From: Deltaproteobacteria bacterium
GTDB lineage: Bacteria; Desulfobacterota; GWC2-55-46
Length of the DNA stretch: 36,488 bases
NCBI GenBank assembly: GCA_016218095.1
Contig: JACREV010000086.1
Coordinates: 1 to 36,488 of the forward strand
Direction of reading: 5' to 3'
The notes below the pieces were generated by a model, which did not search any database, was not told the DNA's origin, and worked only from the letters and a program-made list of their open reading frames with translations. Of the stretch, positions 8,741 through 16,195 are shown in pieces (the stretch's first letter is position 1; every line of letters starts with the position of its first letter). A program made the position numbers and the translations under genes.

Positions 8741-9838
8741 ATGCAAATAAATATAGCCCCGAAATACATACTGGATAAGACCCTCGAGCGGAAGAAAAAG
8801 GACGCCTACAGGCCGGAGTACATAGACCTGAAGGCGATGCTCAAGGAAATACTGACGCTCGCCAACAGGTTCGTCCCGTCTGAGTCCGGTTCGATACTCC
8901 TCGACGACCCCATACTCAACCAGAACAGGCAGAAGGCCGGGGTCCTCCACTTTGTCGCATGCTTCGGCAAGGGCTCGTCCGCTCTCATGGAGACTATACT
9001 CCCGGTAAAGATAGGCATAGCCGGGAGGACCTATTCCTCGGGAAGGGTCTACATAAGCAAGAAAGCCCGGGAGGACAAGCACTTCTTCCCGGCGATGGAC
9101 CAGAAGACGAAGTTCGTGACCAAGTCCATAGTCTGCGCCCCCATAAGGATAAAGGGGGCGACCATCGGCGTAATAGAGCTCATAAACAGGGTCGACCGCA
9201 TAAACTACGACCAGACCGACCTGAACCTCTTGAAGATCTTCGCCGAGTACACATCGACCCTCATCCAGAACCTTCTTGACGCGAGACGCTTCGGCGAGCT
9301 CTCCATCAGGGACAACCTGACCGGCCTATACAACGACAGGTACTTCTACGACAGGCTCACAAAAGACATCTCCAGGGCACTTAAAAAGAGGTCTGATCTC
9401 AGCCTCCTCTTCCTCGACCTTGACAGGTTCAAGGAGGTGAACGACTCCCATGGGCACTTGGCCGGCAGCCGCGTGCTCGTCGAGGTCGGCGCCCTGATAT
9501 TCGAGTCCGTCTTCAGGTTAAGGACCGCTACGGCCGCGAGGTACGGCGGGGACGAATTCGTGGTGATACTCCCCGGGCTCGACGCCGGGGCCGCGGGAGA
9601 GGTAGCCGAGAGGCTCCGTGAAACGATTGAAAAGTCCACTTTCCTGAAGACCAGGTTCCACGGCGGGAGAGCCATAAAACTCAAGGGGCACATAACGTGC
9701 TCCATAGGGGTATCCACTTTGAAGTCCTGCCCCACGGGCCAGATGAGGGATGTCCGCGAGTCCATCATAAAAAAGGCCGATTCAGCCATGTATCGCTCGA
9801 AAGAGTCAGGCAAGAACAGGGTCACCATTTCGGACTGA
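8741..9838 (+). CDS. GAF domain-containing diguanylate cyclase (GGDEF)
   Basis: N-terminal GAF-like region (...CAPIRIKGATIGVIELINR...). C-terminal GGDEF domain with an intact RYGGDEF active site. No RxxD I-site 5 residues upstream (RLRT instead). Confidence 0.85.
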   Translation: MQINIAPKYILDKTLERKKKDAYRPEYIDLKAMLKEILTLANRFVPSESGSILLDDPILNQNRQKAGVLHFVACFGKGSSALMETILPVKIGIAGRTYSSGRVYISKKAREDKHFFPAMDQKTKFVTKSIVCAPIRIKGATIGVIELINRVDRINYDQTDLNLLKIFAEYTSTLIQNLLDARRFGELSIRDNLTGLYNDRYFYDRLTKDISRALKKRSDLSLLFLDLDRFKEVNDSHGHLAGSRVLVEVGALIFESVFRLRTATAARYGGDEFVVILPGLDAGAAGEVAERLRETIEKSTFLKTRFHGGRAIKLKGHITCSIGVSTLKSCPTGQMRDVRESIIKKADSAMYRSKESGKNRVTISD

Positions 9839-9930
9839 TTCGGTCCCCCTTCGCCGTCTCCCGCCCCTGCCGCCCTCATAACTATTTGATTTTATTTGAT
9901 ATTTTGTCCATCCCCCGCACCCGCCCCATC

Positions 9931-9959
9931 TTGACACTTCAAAACCCGAGGACTATAAT
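9931..9959 (+). promoter_or_regulatory. consensus sigma70-type promoter upstream of hsp20
   Basis: TTGACA (9931-9936), exactly 17 nt, then TATAAT (9954-9959). An A/T-rich tandem TATTTGAT x2 (9883-9890, 9893-9900) lies upstream. Confidence 0.55.
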
Positions 9960-10022
9960 AATTTTAGGGTCAGACGGATCATGAGATGAAGGTGGAGGAT
10001 TGACTGAACGGAGGTGATATGT

Positions 10023-10502
10023 ATGTTCGAGCTGAAGAAATGGGATCCTTTCAAGGAGCTTTCAAGCATCCAGAGAGACATGGATGACCTCTTCAGAAGG
10101 GTCTTCGGCGGCTTGACGCCCAGTATCCTGAGGAGAGAGGCGTTCAGGGGCGAGTGGTATCCGGCGATCGACTGCTACATGAAGAATACCCAGTTCATAG
10201 TGCACGCGGACCTGCCGGGCGTAAACCCTAAGGACGTCGATATCTCGATTGCGGGTAATGTGCTCACCATCCGCGGCGAGAGGAAGTCCGACGTCGAAGA
10301 GAAGAAAGAGGGGTATCTCTTCCACGAGACCTCTTTCGGGACGTTCGAGAGGGTGCTGACGCTGCCGGAGGGCGTAGACGCCTCCAAGGTGAAGGCCACC
10401 TACAGGAACGGCGTCCTTGAGTTGACCATGCCCGCAAAGGCCGAGGCGCTTCCGAAGAAGGTGACGATCGAGATCGAGGCTGAGACAAAGAAGGCCGCCT
10501 GA
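10023..10502 (+). CDS. Hsp20/alpha-crystallin family small heat-shock protein
   Basis: Alpha-crystallin domain (DLPGVNPKDVDISIAGNVLTIRGERK...FERVLTLPEGVD...NGVLELTMPK). ATG 10023 lies 8 nt after GGAGG (10010-10014). Confidence 0.9.
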   Translation: MFELKKWDPFKELSSIQRDMDDLFRRVFGGLTPSILRREAFRGEWYPAIDCYMKNTQFIVHADLPGVNPKDVDISIAGNVLTIRGERKSDVEEKKEGYLFHETSFGTFERVLTLPEGVDASKVKATYRNGVLELTMPAKAEALPKKVTIEIEAETKKAA

Positions 10503-10550
10503 CCTGAATAGCAAAACCGAAAGGCCACCTCATCTCGTAAAGTGAAAAAA

Positions 10551-10581
10551 CCCTGCAATGGAGCTTGCGGGGTTTTTGTTT
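10551..10581 (+). terminator. rho-independent terminator after hsp20
   Basis: CCCTGCAA (10551-10558) / TTGCGGGG (10565-10572) stem followed by TTTTTGTTT. Confidence 0.6.
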
Positions 10582-10613
10582 ACATTTCTTAATCTTTTAG
10601 ATTTTAATACTCT

Positions 10614-10642
10614 TTGACAATTAACCTATTTTAGGTTATCTT
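10614..10642 (+). promoter_or_regulatory. methyltransferase promoter with embedded palindromic operator
   Basis: TTGACA (10614-10619), 17 nt, then TATCTT (10637-10642). The spacer contains the perfect palindrome TAACCTA-TTT-TAGGTTA (10622-10638). The ATG at 10649 is only 6 nt past the -10, so the transcript is probably leaderless. Confidence 0.5.
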
Positions 10643-10648
10643 CTTCAT

Positions 10649-11410
10649 ATGAAACAAACCCCATTACCTTTTACCGCAGAAAAGAATTCCAAAAAACGCA
10701 TACAAGGTGGCGAAGCCACTACAAATGTACTGCTTTCAGCTTATACTGGAAGCAACGCAGATATATTTCCACATATATTATCATTGCATGTCCCTGCCGG
10801 TGCTCATATCGCTGATGTCACCTACGGCAGAGGAGTTTTCTGGCGCAATGTAAATTTGTCCAAATATGTACTCTACCCAACTGACATCTCACACGGCATT
10901 GATTGCCGTGCGTTGCCTTACAATGATGCTTCGCTTGATGTGGTCGTGCTTGACCCACCCTACATGGAAGGATTATTTCGTAATCAAATCCAGCATAAAG
11001 CTGGCGGAGGTTCTCATTCTGCTTTCCGCAATTATTACAGCAACGGCGATGAAGTTTCTTCGGGCGCAAAGTGGCACGCGGCAGTAACCGATTTATATTT
11101 CAAGGCAGGCTCAGAAGCTTACCGTGTTCTAAAGGATAATGGAGTTTTGATAGTTAAATGTCAGGATGAAGTTAGCGCAAATCGCCAATGCCTTACCCAT
11201 GTCGAGATTATTAACGAATATGAAAAAAATGGGTTCTATACTAAAGACCTATTTATCGTAGTACGCACAAACAGGCCTGTTATCACACGCTTAAAAAAAC
11301 AAGTACACGCAAGAAAAAACCACAGCTATTTTTTGGTTTTTATAAAGCTTTCGGTAGGGAAAAGTAGTTCTCGCTTCCGTTCGCGCACAAACTCTTCTAA
11401 AAGCAGATAA
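10649..11410 (+). CDS. DNA methyltransferase (amino-MTase, DPPY motif) of a type II R-M system
   Basis: AdoMet motif I-like [11 protein letters not shown], followed about 45 aa later by catalytic VVLDPPY. Low-GC gene, convergent with the C-R pair. Confidence 0.7.
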   Translation: MKQTPLPFTAEKNSKKRIQGGEATTNVLLSAYTGSNADIFPHILSLHVPAGAHIADVTYGRGVFWRNVNLSKYVLYPTDISHGIDCRALPYNDASLDVVVLDPPYMEGLFRNQIQHKAGGGSHSAFRNYYSNGDEVSSGAKWHAAVTDLYFKAGSEAYRVLKDNGVLIVKCQDEVSANRQCLTHVEIINEYEKNGFYTKDLFIVVRTNRPVITRLKKQVHARKNHSYFLVFIKLSVGKSSSRFRSRTNSSKSR

Positions 11411-11979
11411 GGGTCCTCATGATATGGGGGTTTTGGAGGCCATGTTACATCCATTAGCGTTGCAAGTAAATATTGCCGCTGCTCATATGTATAGCCTTTC
11501 CAAGAACTACGGGGAAGGTTTTCATTTTTAGCAAATACAAATCTCCATTTTTCCTCGAATGCAAAAAGATTAATTGCAAGCAAATCAAACTCGCCTGCTA
11601 CGAGACAAGTCGTTTCCAGTTTTTCACCATTTGGCAAGCAAACAACGCGCCTGTCACTTGCATCCACCTGTGTTTTCCCATACCACGTACCATCATCCAG
11701 TTTTCGAATAGTATTCGTTTGCAATGATTTAACCTCTATGACTATGTCAACCCCCTTATATACGATATGTCTGTCACCTTTACGCTTACGGTCATGATCG
11801 TCGGCTTTGCCGATTTTAGATATTCCTTCATGCCCAAGAAACATATCATGGAACTTTTTTTCGGCCACATATCCTAACAACATACCTCTGAGACTCGGAT
11901 TGTTTTCAACAATAGATGTCAGCTCACGAGCTGTTATCTGCCACTTATTCAATATTGTTTTTGGCACAATGATCCTCAA
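11326..11979 (-). CDS. putative type II restriction endonuclease (PD-(D/E)xK-like)
   Basis: [17 protein letters not shown] fits D-x14-E-x-K. The gene is immediately downstream of, and overlaps, the C-protein gene. I recognise no family by eye. Start is uncertain (TTG 11979, GTG 11967). Confidence 0.55.
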   Translation of the reverse strand: MRIIVPKTILNKWQITARELTSIVENNPSLRGMLLGYVAEKKFHDMFLGHEGISKIGKADDHDRKRKGDRHIVYKGVDIVIEVKSLQTNTIRKLDDGTWYGKTQVDASDRRVVCLPNGEKLETTCLVAGEFDLLAINLFAFEEKWRFVFAKNENLPRSSWKGYTYEQRQYLLATLMDVTWPPKPPYHEDPYLLLEEFVRERKRELLFPTESFIKTKK

Positions 11980-12202
11980 GTTCTTTTAAAATTTTATATG
12001 GTTCCAAGCCCAGCGCCTTTGCAACTTCTAGAAATTCCACTATATCAAGCCTACGCTCACCACGCTCATATTTGGAAACATACGACTGAGGTCTCCCAAG
12101 CCGCATAGCCACATCAGCCTGTGCTAAACCTTTCTTTTTTCGGGCTTCAACCAAACGAGTTCTAAACAAGTTATAAGTATCTGAAAATATAGATTTGCTC
12201 AT
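11945..12202 (-). CDS. XRE-family HTH controller (C) protein of the R-M system
   Basis: HTH_3-like LAQADVAMRLGRPQSYVSKYERGERRLDIVEFLEVAKAL. 85 aa from ATG 12202. Its 3' end overlaps the nuclease ORF. The listed GTG at 12211 abuts the -10 box and is rejected. Confidence 0.75.
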   Translation of the reverse strand: MSKSIFSDTYNLFRTRLVEARKKKGLAQADVAMRLGRPQSYVSKYERGERRLDIVEFLEVAKALGLEPYKILKELEDHCAKNNIE

Positions 12203-12211
12203 TGGACCCAC

Positions 12212-12249
12212 ATTATAAAACCCAAAACAGAATAACCCAAATCGGGTTA
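12212..12249 (-). promoter_or_regulatory. C/R operon promoter with C-box-like operator
   Basis: Minus strand has TATAAT (12217-12212) 9 nt before ATG 12202, so the transcript is leaderless or nearly so. The weak -35 TTGGGT overlaps TAACC-CAAATCG-GGTTA (12233-12249). Confidence 0.45.
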
Positions 12250-12258
12250 TTCTGTTTT
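12224..12258 (-). terminator. 15-bp perfect hairpin; probable terminator of the DUF488 gene (bidirectional), also carries the C-box-like site
   Basis: AAAACAGAATAACCC (12224-12238) / GGGTTATTCTGTTTT (12244-12258), loop AAATC. T-runs follow on both strands. Confidence 0.5.
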
Positions 12259-12311
12259 ACAAATAGAGTTGTTATTTCAGATTTTTTACTAAGAAAAAAC
12301 AAGAAAGATTT

Positions 12312-12656
12312 TTAAAGCATCTCCTTAAGGAGTTTCCTGTGGCATGGTTCATTTTCTTTGCAGGTGCAAAGGAGTGTCACATCCTTACGGGCGGTCTTGA
12401 CGATCGATTTGAGTTCGGCAAGGAGCTCCCTTTTGCGTGGGTCTTTCTTGAATTCTTCCTTGTATGCGCGGGTAAACTCCGTCCACTCCATCTCTCCGGC
12501 CTTCCATTTCTTAATGAGCGCGGCCTGCGGCCCGAGGTCTTTTATCCACAGGTCCTGCGCCTCTTTCCTGACGCCCCTCGGCCAGTACCTCGTCACGAGC
12601 ACTCGTACGCCGTCCTTTTCATCCGGCTCGCTGTAGACGGACTTTGTCTTGACCAT
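12312..12656 (-). CDS. DUF488 (YeaO-like) family protein
   Basis: Characteristic VRVLVTRYWPRGVRKE...WIKDLGP...LLCTCKENEPCHR sequence. GGAGG lies upstream of the ATG. Confidence 0.8.
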   Translation of the reverse strand: MVKTKSVYSEPDEKDGVRVLVTRYWPRGVRKEAQDLWIKDLGPQAALIKKWKAGEMEWTEFTRAYKEEFKKDPRKRELLAELKSIVKTARKDVTLLCTCKENEPCHRKLLKEML

Positions 12657-12667
12657 GACCGCCTCCG

Positions 12668-12699
12668 TAAAATAAAGCGGCCCCCGGAGGGGGCCGCTT
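12668..12699 (-). terminator. rho-independent terminator after the DsrE-like gene
   Basis: AAGCGGCCCCC (12675-12685) / GGGGGCCGCTT (12689-12699), loop GGA. On the minus strand it is followed by TTATTTTA. Confidence 0.65.
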
Positions 12700-12718
12700 G
12701 CGGCTGATTAGAAGCAGC

Positions 12719-13141
12719 CTAGATGTATAGGACCTGCTCCGCGTCCTTCACAAGGTTCAGAAAGTATACGAGCCCCATGGACATGTCCACGTGCTCGATG
12801 AGCTCGTCACGCGCGATGTTGAGGACGGCCATCGAGCCGGTGCAGGCGTAGATCTTGAGCCTTCCGAACCGCTTGGCCGTCTCTATCATCTCGCTTATGG
12901 AGTCAAGGGTCCCGCGCTTAAGGTTCCTCTCTATCTCCTCCTTGAAGAATACCGGCTCCCCTTCTATTACGACCTTGTCCGTGTTCCCCTTGACAAGCCT
13001 TTTAAGCGCCCCGTAGCTGAAGAATATATGGACTTCGTAACCGGTGGCGAGGGCGACGTTCGTTATCGACATCGCCTGATAGACCCTGTCATAGGAGCCG
13101 GAGTGGAGGAATATGCAGTACCTCTTTTCCTTACCTGACAT
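12719..13141 (-). CDS. DsrE/DsrF-like (DrsE_2) sulfur-relay family protein
   Basis: 140 aa; YCIFLHSGSYDRVYQA...HIFFSYGAL...IYACTGSM pattern of the DsrE-like fold. Confidence 0.6.
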   Translation of the reverse strand: MSGKEKRYCIFLHSGSYDRVYQAMSITNVALATGYEVHIFFSYGALKRLVKGNTDKVVIEGEPVFFKEEIERNLKRGTLDSISEMIETAKRFGRLKIYACTGSMAVLNIARDELIEHVDMSMGLVYFLNLVKDAEQVLYI

Positions 13142-13625
13142 AGGTCTTCCTTATGGTCTCCGCCCACTCCAGGAGCGGCACGCCGGCCTTTCTCGCGTCC
13201 GCGAACTTGTCCGCGAGGTTGTCCATCTCCTTCTGGTTGAAGCGCTCGGAGAGTATCGCGAGCCCGTCGCAGTTGCTTACGTGTATGAGGAGCTGCATCG
13301 CGGCCTGTGAGGCGTCCTCCGACTCCTTGTCGTTCAGCGTGTCCTTGGCGAGCAAACCCGCGCAGACCTTGGCGGTGCCTACGACATTGTCGTGCTCGCG
13401 GATGAGCTGGTCGACGTACTCCCCGAGGAATTTGCGGAGCGCGGGGTAGAGGACCTCTTCCTCGTACCTGAAGTGCGGGCCGACCATGGTGTTCAGCTCT
13501 CCGAGTATCTCTCTCGCCTTTTTTACATCCTTGGCACGGAGGGCCTCGGTTATGGAGAGTATGCCGTCGCGCACCTTCCTGTGGTCTTCCCTGAACTCTG
13601 CTATGGGGTCCATCTTTGAAGACAT
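13131..13625 (-). CDS. hemerythrin-like (HHE cation-binding) domain protein
   Basis: DPIAEFREDHRKV...HFRYEEEVLYP...LIREHD His/Glu ligand pattern. ATG 13625 follows AAGGAGG. Overlaps the DsrE-like start by 11 nt. Confidence 0.75.
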   Translation of the reverse strand: MSSKMDPIAEFREDHRKVRDGILSITEALRAKDVKKAREILGELNTMVGPHFRYEEEVLYPALRKFLGEYVDQLIREHDNVVGTAKVCAGLLAKDTLNDKESEDASQAAMQLLIHVSNCDGLAILSERFNQKEMDNLADKFADARKAGVPLLEWAETIRKTYVR

Positions 13626-13748
13626 GGCTTGATCCTCCTTTATGCAAATATGTGTTTTTCGACTTCCATATTTAATGATTACACGGGACATGGAGAAAAG
13701 TCAAATTGTACGGAGCGGGATGCAGGGAGGGAGAGGGCTTGCGGTCTT

Positions 13749-14450
13749 TCAGGGCTCGGAGTTGCGCCTTCCGAGCTCCTTTATCTCGTCCTCGTCGAAG
13801 AACTTGTTCCCGCTTATCATGCTGGAGACAAGCCCGCGTCTCTCGAAAATATCGTGGAGGGCGAGCGCGGCGAAATGCGAGACTACGAACCCTATGATGA
13901 CGACGGCGCCGATGACGTGGACCACGAGGAGCCACTCGGGCCCGTGGGCCTCGTCGTGAGCGCTCGTTCCTAGGCCGTTAGCGAGCGCGACGCTCCCTTC
14001 GCCCTCCACGTGGAGGAGGAACATCGCCATGCCGCTTATCGCCTGGGTCGTCATGGCGAGAAATAGGACCGTGTCGTAGATGCCTGCGAGCGGGTTGTGA
14101 CTGAAGTAGAGCGGGGCCTTGCCCTTGAAGCCCGAGAGGTAGTATTTGACGGTAGCGGCCCCGAGCGCCCACTGCGCTTTCGTATGGGGGATGGTGTCCC
14201 TCCAGAGGGACTCGGGGGGACCTATGAAGAGGTATAAGAGCCGTGAGGCGGCCCCGATGGCGAATACGACGCCGATTGCGCCGTGGAGGTCGATGACCGC
14301 GTCCTCACCGGCCTCCGGGAGGCCGAGGAAGGCAGCGGAAAAGATCAAAGCGCCGAGCGGGATCAAGAGGAGGACCGTGCCGGCGACTACCCAGTGTATG
14401 ATCCTCTGGTTCCTGGACCAGACCCGGAGCGGGCGGAACGCACCGCTCAT
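13749..14450 (-). CDS. cytochrome b561 / Ni-Fe-hydrogenase b-type cytochrome-like membrane protein
   Basis: Four TM helices with His placement like PF01292 (RIIHWVVA..., HGAIGVVF, HNPLAG, HVIGAVVIIGFVVSHFAALALHD). ATG 14450 overlaps the upstream stop (ATGA). Confidence 0.7.
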   Translation of the reverse strand: MSGAFRPLRVWSRNQRIIHWVVAGTVLLLIPLGALIFSAAFLGLPEAGEDAVIDLHGAIGVVFAIGAASRLLYLFIGPPESLWRDTIPHTKAQWALGAATVKYYLSGFKGKAPLYFSHNPLAGIYDTVLFLAMTTQAISGMAMFLLHVEGEGSVALANGLGTSAHDEAHGPEWLLVVHVIGAVVIIGFVVSHFAALALHDIFERRGLVSSMISGNKFFDEDEIKELGRRNSEP

Positions 14451-14911
14451 TTTGCCAGCCTCTGCCCCAGAATCCCGAAAAAGACGATTGAGAGTGTTGC
14501 GGCTATTATGAAGACCCCGAGGGGCGCTACAGACGCTCCGAAGGGCAGGAGACCGAACCCGACGGCGTAGAGCGCGCCGGAATGGAGGAGAGCCCCCGCT
14601 ATCATGAGCGTCGATACCGTCTTTGAGAGCCACTCCACGAACGGGAGCCTCGCGAGCGTATAGCCGACGCCGATGTTAAGGGCGGCGTCTACGTTGGAGT
14701 AGAAGAGAGCGCCTCCGAGCACGGACCTCTGGAACTGCGAGAGCATGAACCCGTGCTCGAGCGCCGCGTTAGCGTTCATGTAGAGTCCGAGCGCCATCGT
14801 CAGTACCAGATAGACCGAGCCGAAGGCCATGTTCGTCCTTCCGGCGGCCCAATCAGGAGATTGTCTCCTCGCGGAGTTGTATTCCAGGTATTGTCTCCTT
14901 GTCCTTATCAT
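14447..14911 (-). CDS. hypothetical 4-TM membrane protein
   Basis: ORF trimmed to ATG 14911, preceded by GGGAGGG. Hydrophobic segments. Stop overlaps the cytochrome b start codon. No family recognised. Confidence 0.5.
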   Translation of the reverse strand: MIRTRRQYLEYNSARRQSPDWAAGRTNMAFGSVYLVLTMALGLYMNANAALEHGFMLSQFQRSVLGGALFYSNVDAALNIGVGYTLARLPFVEWLSKTVSTLMIAGALLHSGALYAVGFGLLPFGASVAPLGVFIIAATLSIVFFGILGQRLAK

Positions 14912-15044
14912 AAGACCCTCCCGGGAACTTTGGTTAAGGAAGAGCTTAGCACCGAAATCCCCGGTGTCAAGCGAAGGGAGGGTTTCTGTCAATGAGGGCG
15001 TAAGGGGGGGTATATTAAAAAAAACGCCAAAAAACCCCGGGGGT

Positions 15045-15132
15045 GTCATTGCGAGCGCGGCGAAGCAATCTCATCTTTTATCGCAATCATGTGAGATTGC
15101 TTCGTCGCAAGAAAGCCGCTCCTCGCAATGAC
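15045..15132. repeat. family-A 88-nt nested inverted repeat (REP/MITE-like)
   Basis: Outer arms GTCATTGCGAG...CTCGCAATGAC. Inner perfect 13-bp arms CGAAGCAATCTCA (15061-15073) / TGAGATTGCTTCG (15092-15104). Confidence 0.75.
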
Positions 15133-15170
15133 AAAAAGAGCTTTTCACCCCTCTCCCACAAGTGAATGCA

Positions 15171-15206
15171 TAAAAAAAGAGGCGCGGCTTTTAAGCCGCG
15201 CCTCTT
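15171..15206 (-). terminator. rho-independent terminator after the UDP-glucuronate decarboxylase gene
   Basis: Perfect palindrome AAGAGGCGCGGCTT/AAGCCGCGCCTCTT (15177-15206). On the minus strand it is followed by TTTTTTTA. Confidence 0.65.
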
Positions 15207-15227
15207 AAAAAGCAGACTATGGGCAGC

Positions 15228-16181
15228 TCAGAGCGCGAAGGACCCGGAGCCGTTTATCCGTTCGCTGAAGTAGGGGATAGTCTTTTTAAGGCCGTCCTCA
15301 AGCTTTATCGTCGGGTTCCAGTCGAGGGTCTTCCTCGCTATCGTTATGTCGGGCCGCCTCTGTACCGGGTCGTCAGGGGGCAGAGGCATATGGATCACCT
15401 TTGAAGAAGAACCGGTGAGCCTCCTTATGATGTTGGCGAGCTCGAGCACCGTGAACTCCCCGGGGTTCCCGAGGTTTACCGGGCCCGTGACGTCGTTATT
15501 CTCCATCATCTTTATGATGCCGTCGACAAGGTCGTCCACGTAGCAGAACGAGCGCGTTTGGGACCCGTCGCCGTAAATGGTGATGTCCTGGCCCCGGAGC
15601 GCCTGCACGATGAAGTTGGATACCACCCTGCCGTCGTTCTCGAGCATCCGGGGCCCGTAGGTGTTGAATATACGTATGACCTTTATGTCGACCCCGTTCT
15701 GCTTATTATACGCGAACATGAGGGTTTCGGCGCACCTCTTGCCCTCGTCATAACACGCCCTCGGGCCTATGGGGTTGGTGTTCCCCCAGTAGTCCTCTGT
15801 CTGAGGGTGGACCTTCGGGTCGCCGTATACTTCAGATGTCGAGGCCTGGAGGATACGCGCCCTCACCCTCTTGGCGAGCCCGAGCATGTTGAGCGCGCCC
15901 ATGATGTTCGTCTTTATGGTCTTCACCGGGTTGTACTGGTAGTGTACGGGGGAGGCAGGGCAGGCGAGGTTGTATATCTGGTCGACCTCGATGAGTATCG
16001 GCTCTATCACGTCGTGCCTTACTACCTCGAAGACAGGGTTGTCCATGAGGTGCGCGATGTTCTCTTTCCTGCCCGTGAAGAAGTTATCGAGGCAGATGAC
16101 CTCGTTGCCCTGGTTCAGGAGCTTTTCGCATAGGTGGGAGCCTATGAACCCGGCCCCGCCGGTGACAAGTATCCTTTTCAA
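15228..16181 (-). CDS. UDP-glucuronate decarboxylase (UDP-xylose synthase-type SDR)
   Basis: [13 protein letters not shown] Rossmann motif; STSEVYG and YDEGKR catalytic motifs; near full-length resemblance to UXS/ArnA-decarboxylase-type enzymes. TTG 16181 follows AAGGAGG. The longer listed ORF would overlap the upstream gene by 150 nt. Confidence 0.9.
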   Translation of the reverse strand: MKRILVTGGAGFIGSHLCEKLLNQGNEVICLDNFFTGRKENIAHLMDNPVFEVVRHDVIEPILIEVDQIYNLACPASPVHYQYNPVKTIKTNIMGALNMLGLAKRVRARILQASTSEVYGDPKVHPQTEDYWGNTNPIGPRACYDEGKRCAETLMFAYNKQNGVDIKVIRIFNTYGPRMLENDGRVVSNFIVQALRGQDITIYGDGSQTRSFCYVDDLVDGIIKMMENNDVTGPVNLGNPGEFTVLELANIIRRLTGSSSKVIHMPLPPDDPVQRRPDITIARKTLDWNPTIKLEDGLKKTIPYFSERINGSGSFAL

Positions 16182-16195
16182 AAGAAGCCTCCTTC

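Noticed and set aside
12203-12211. Listed GTG start (12211) for the C-protein ORF.
   Set aside because: It directly abuts the TATAAT -10 box, so it would lie upstream of any transcript from that promoter. ATG 12202 is used instead.
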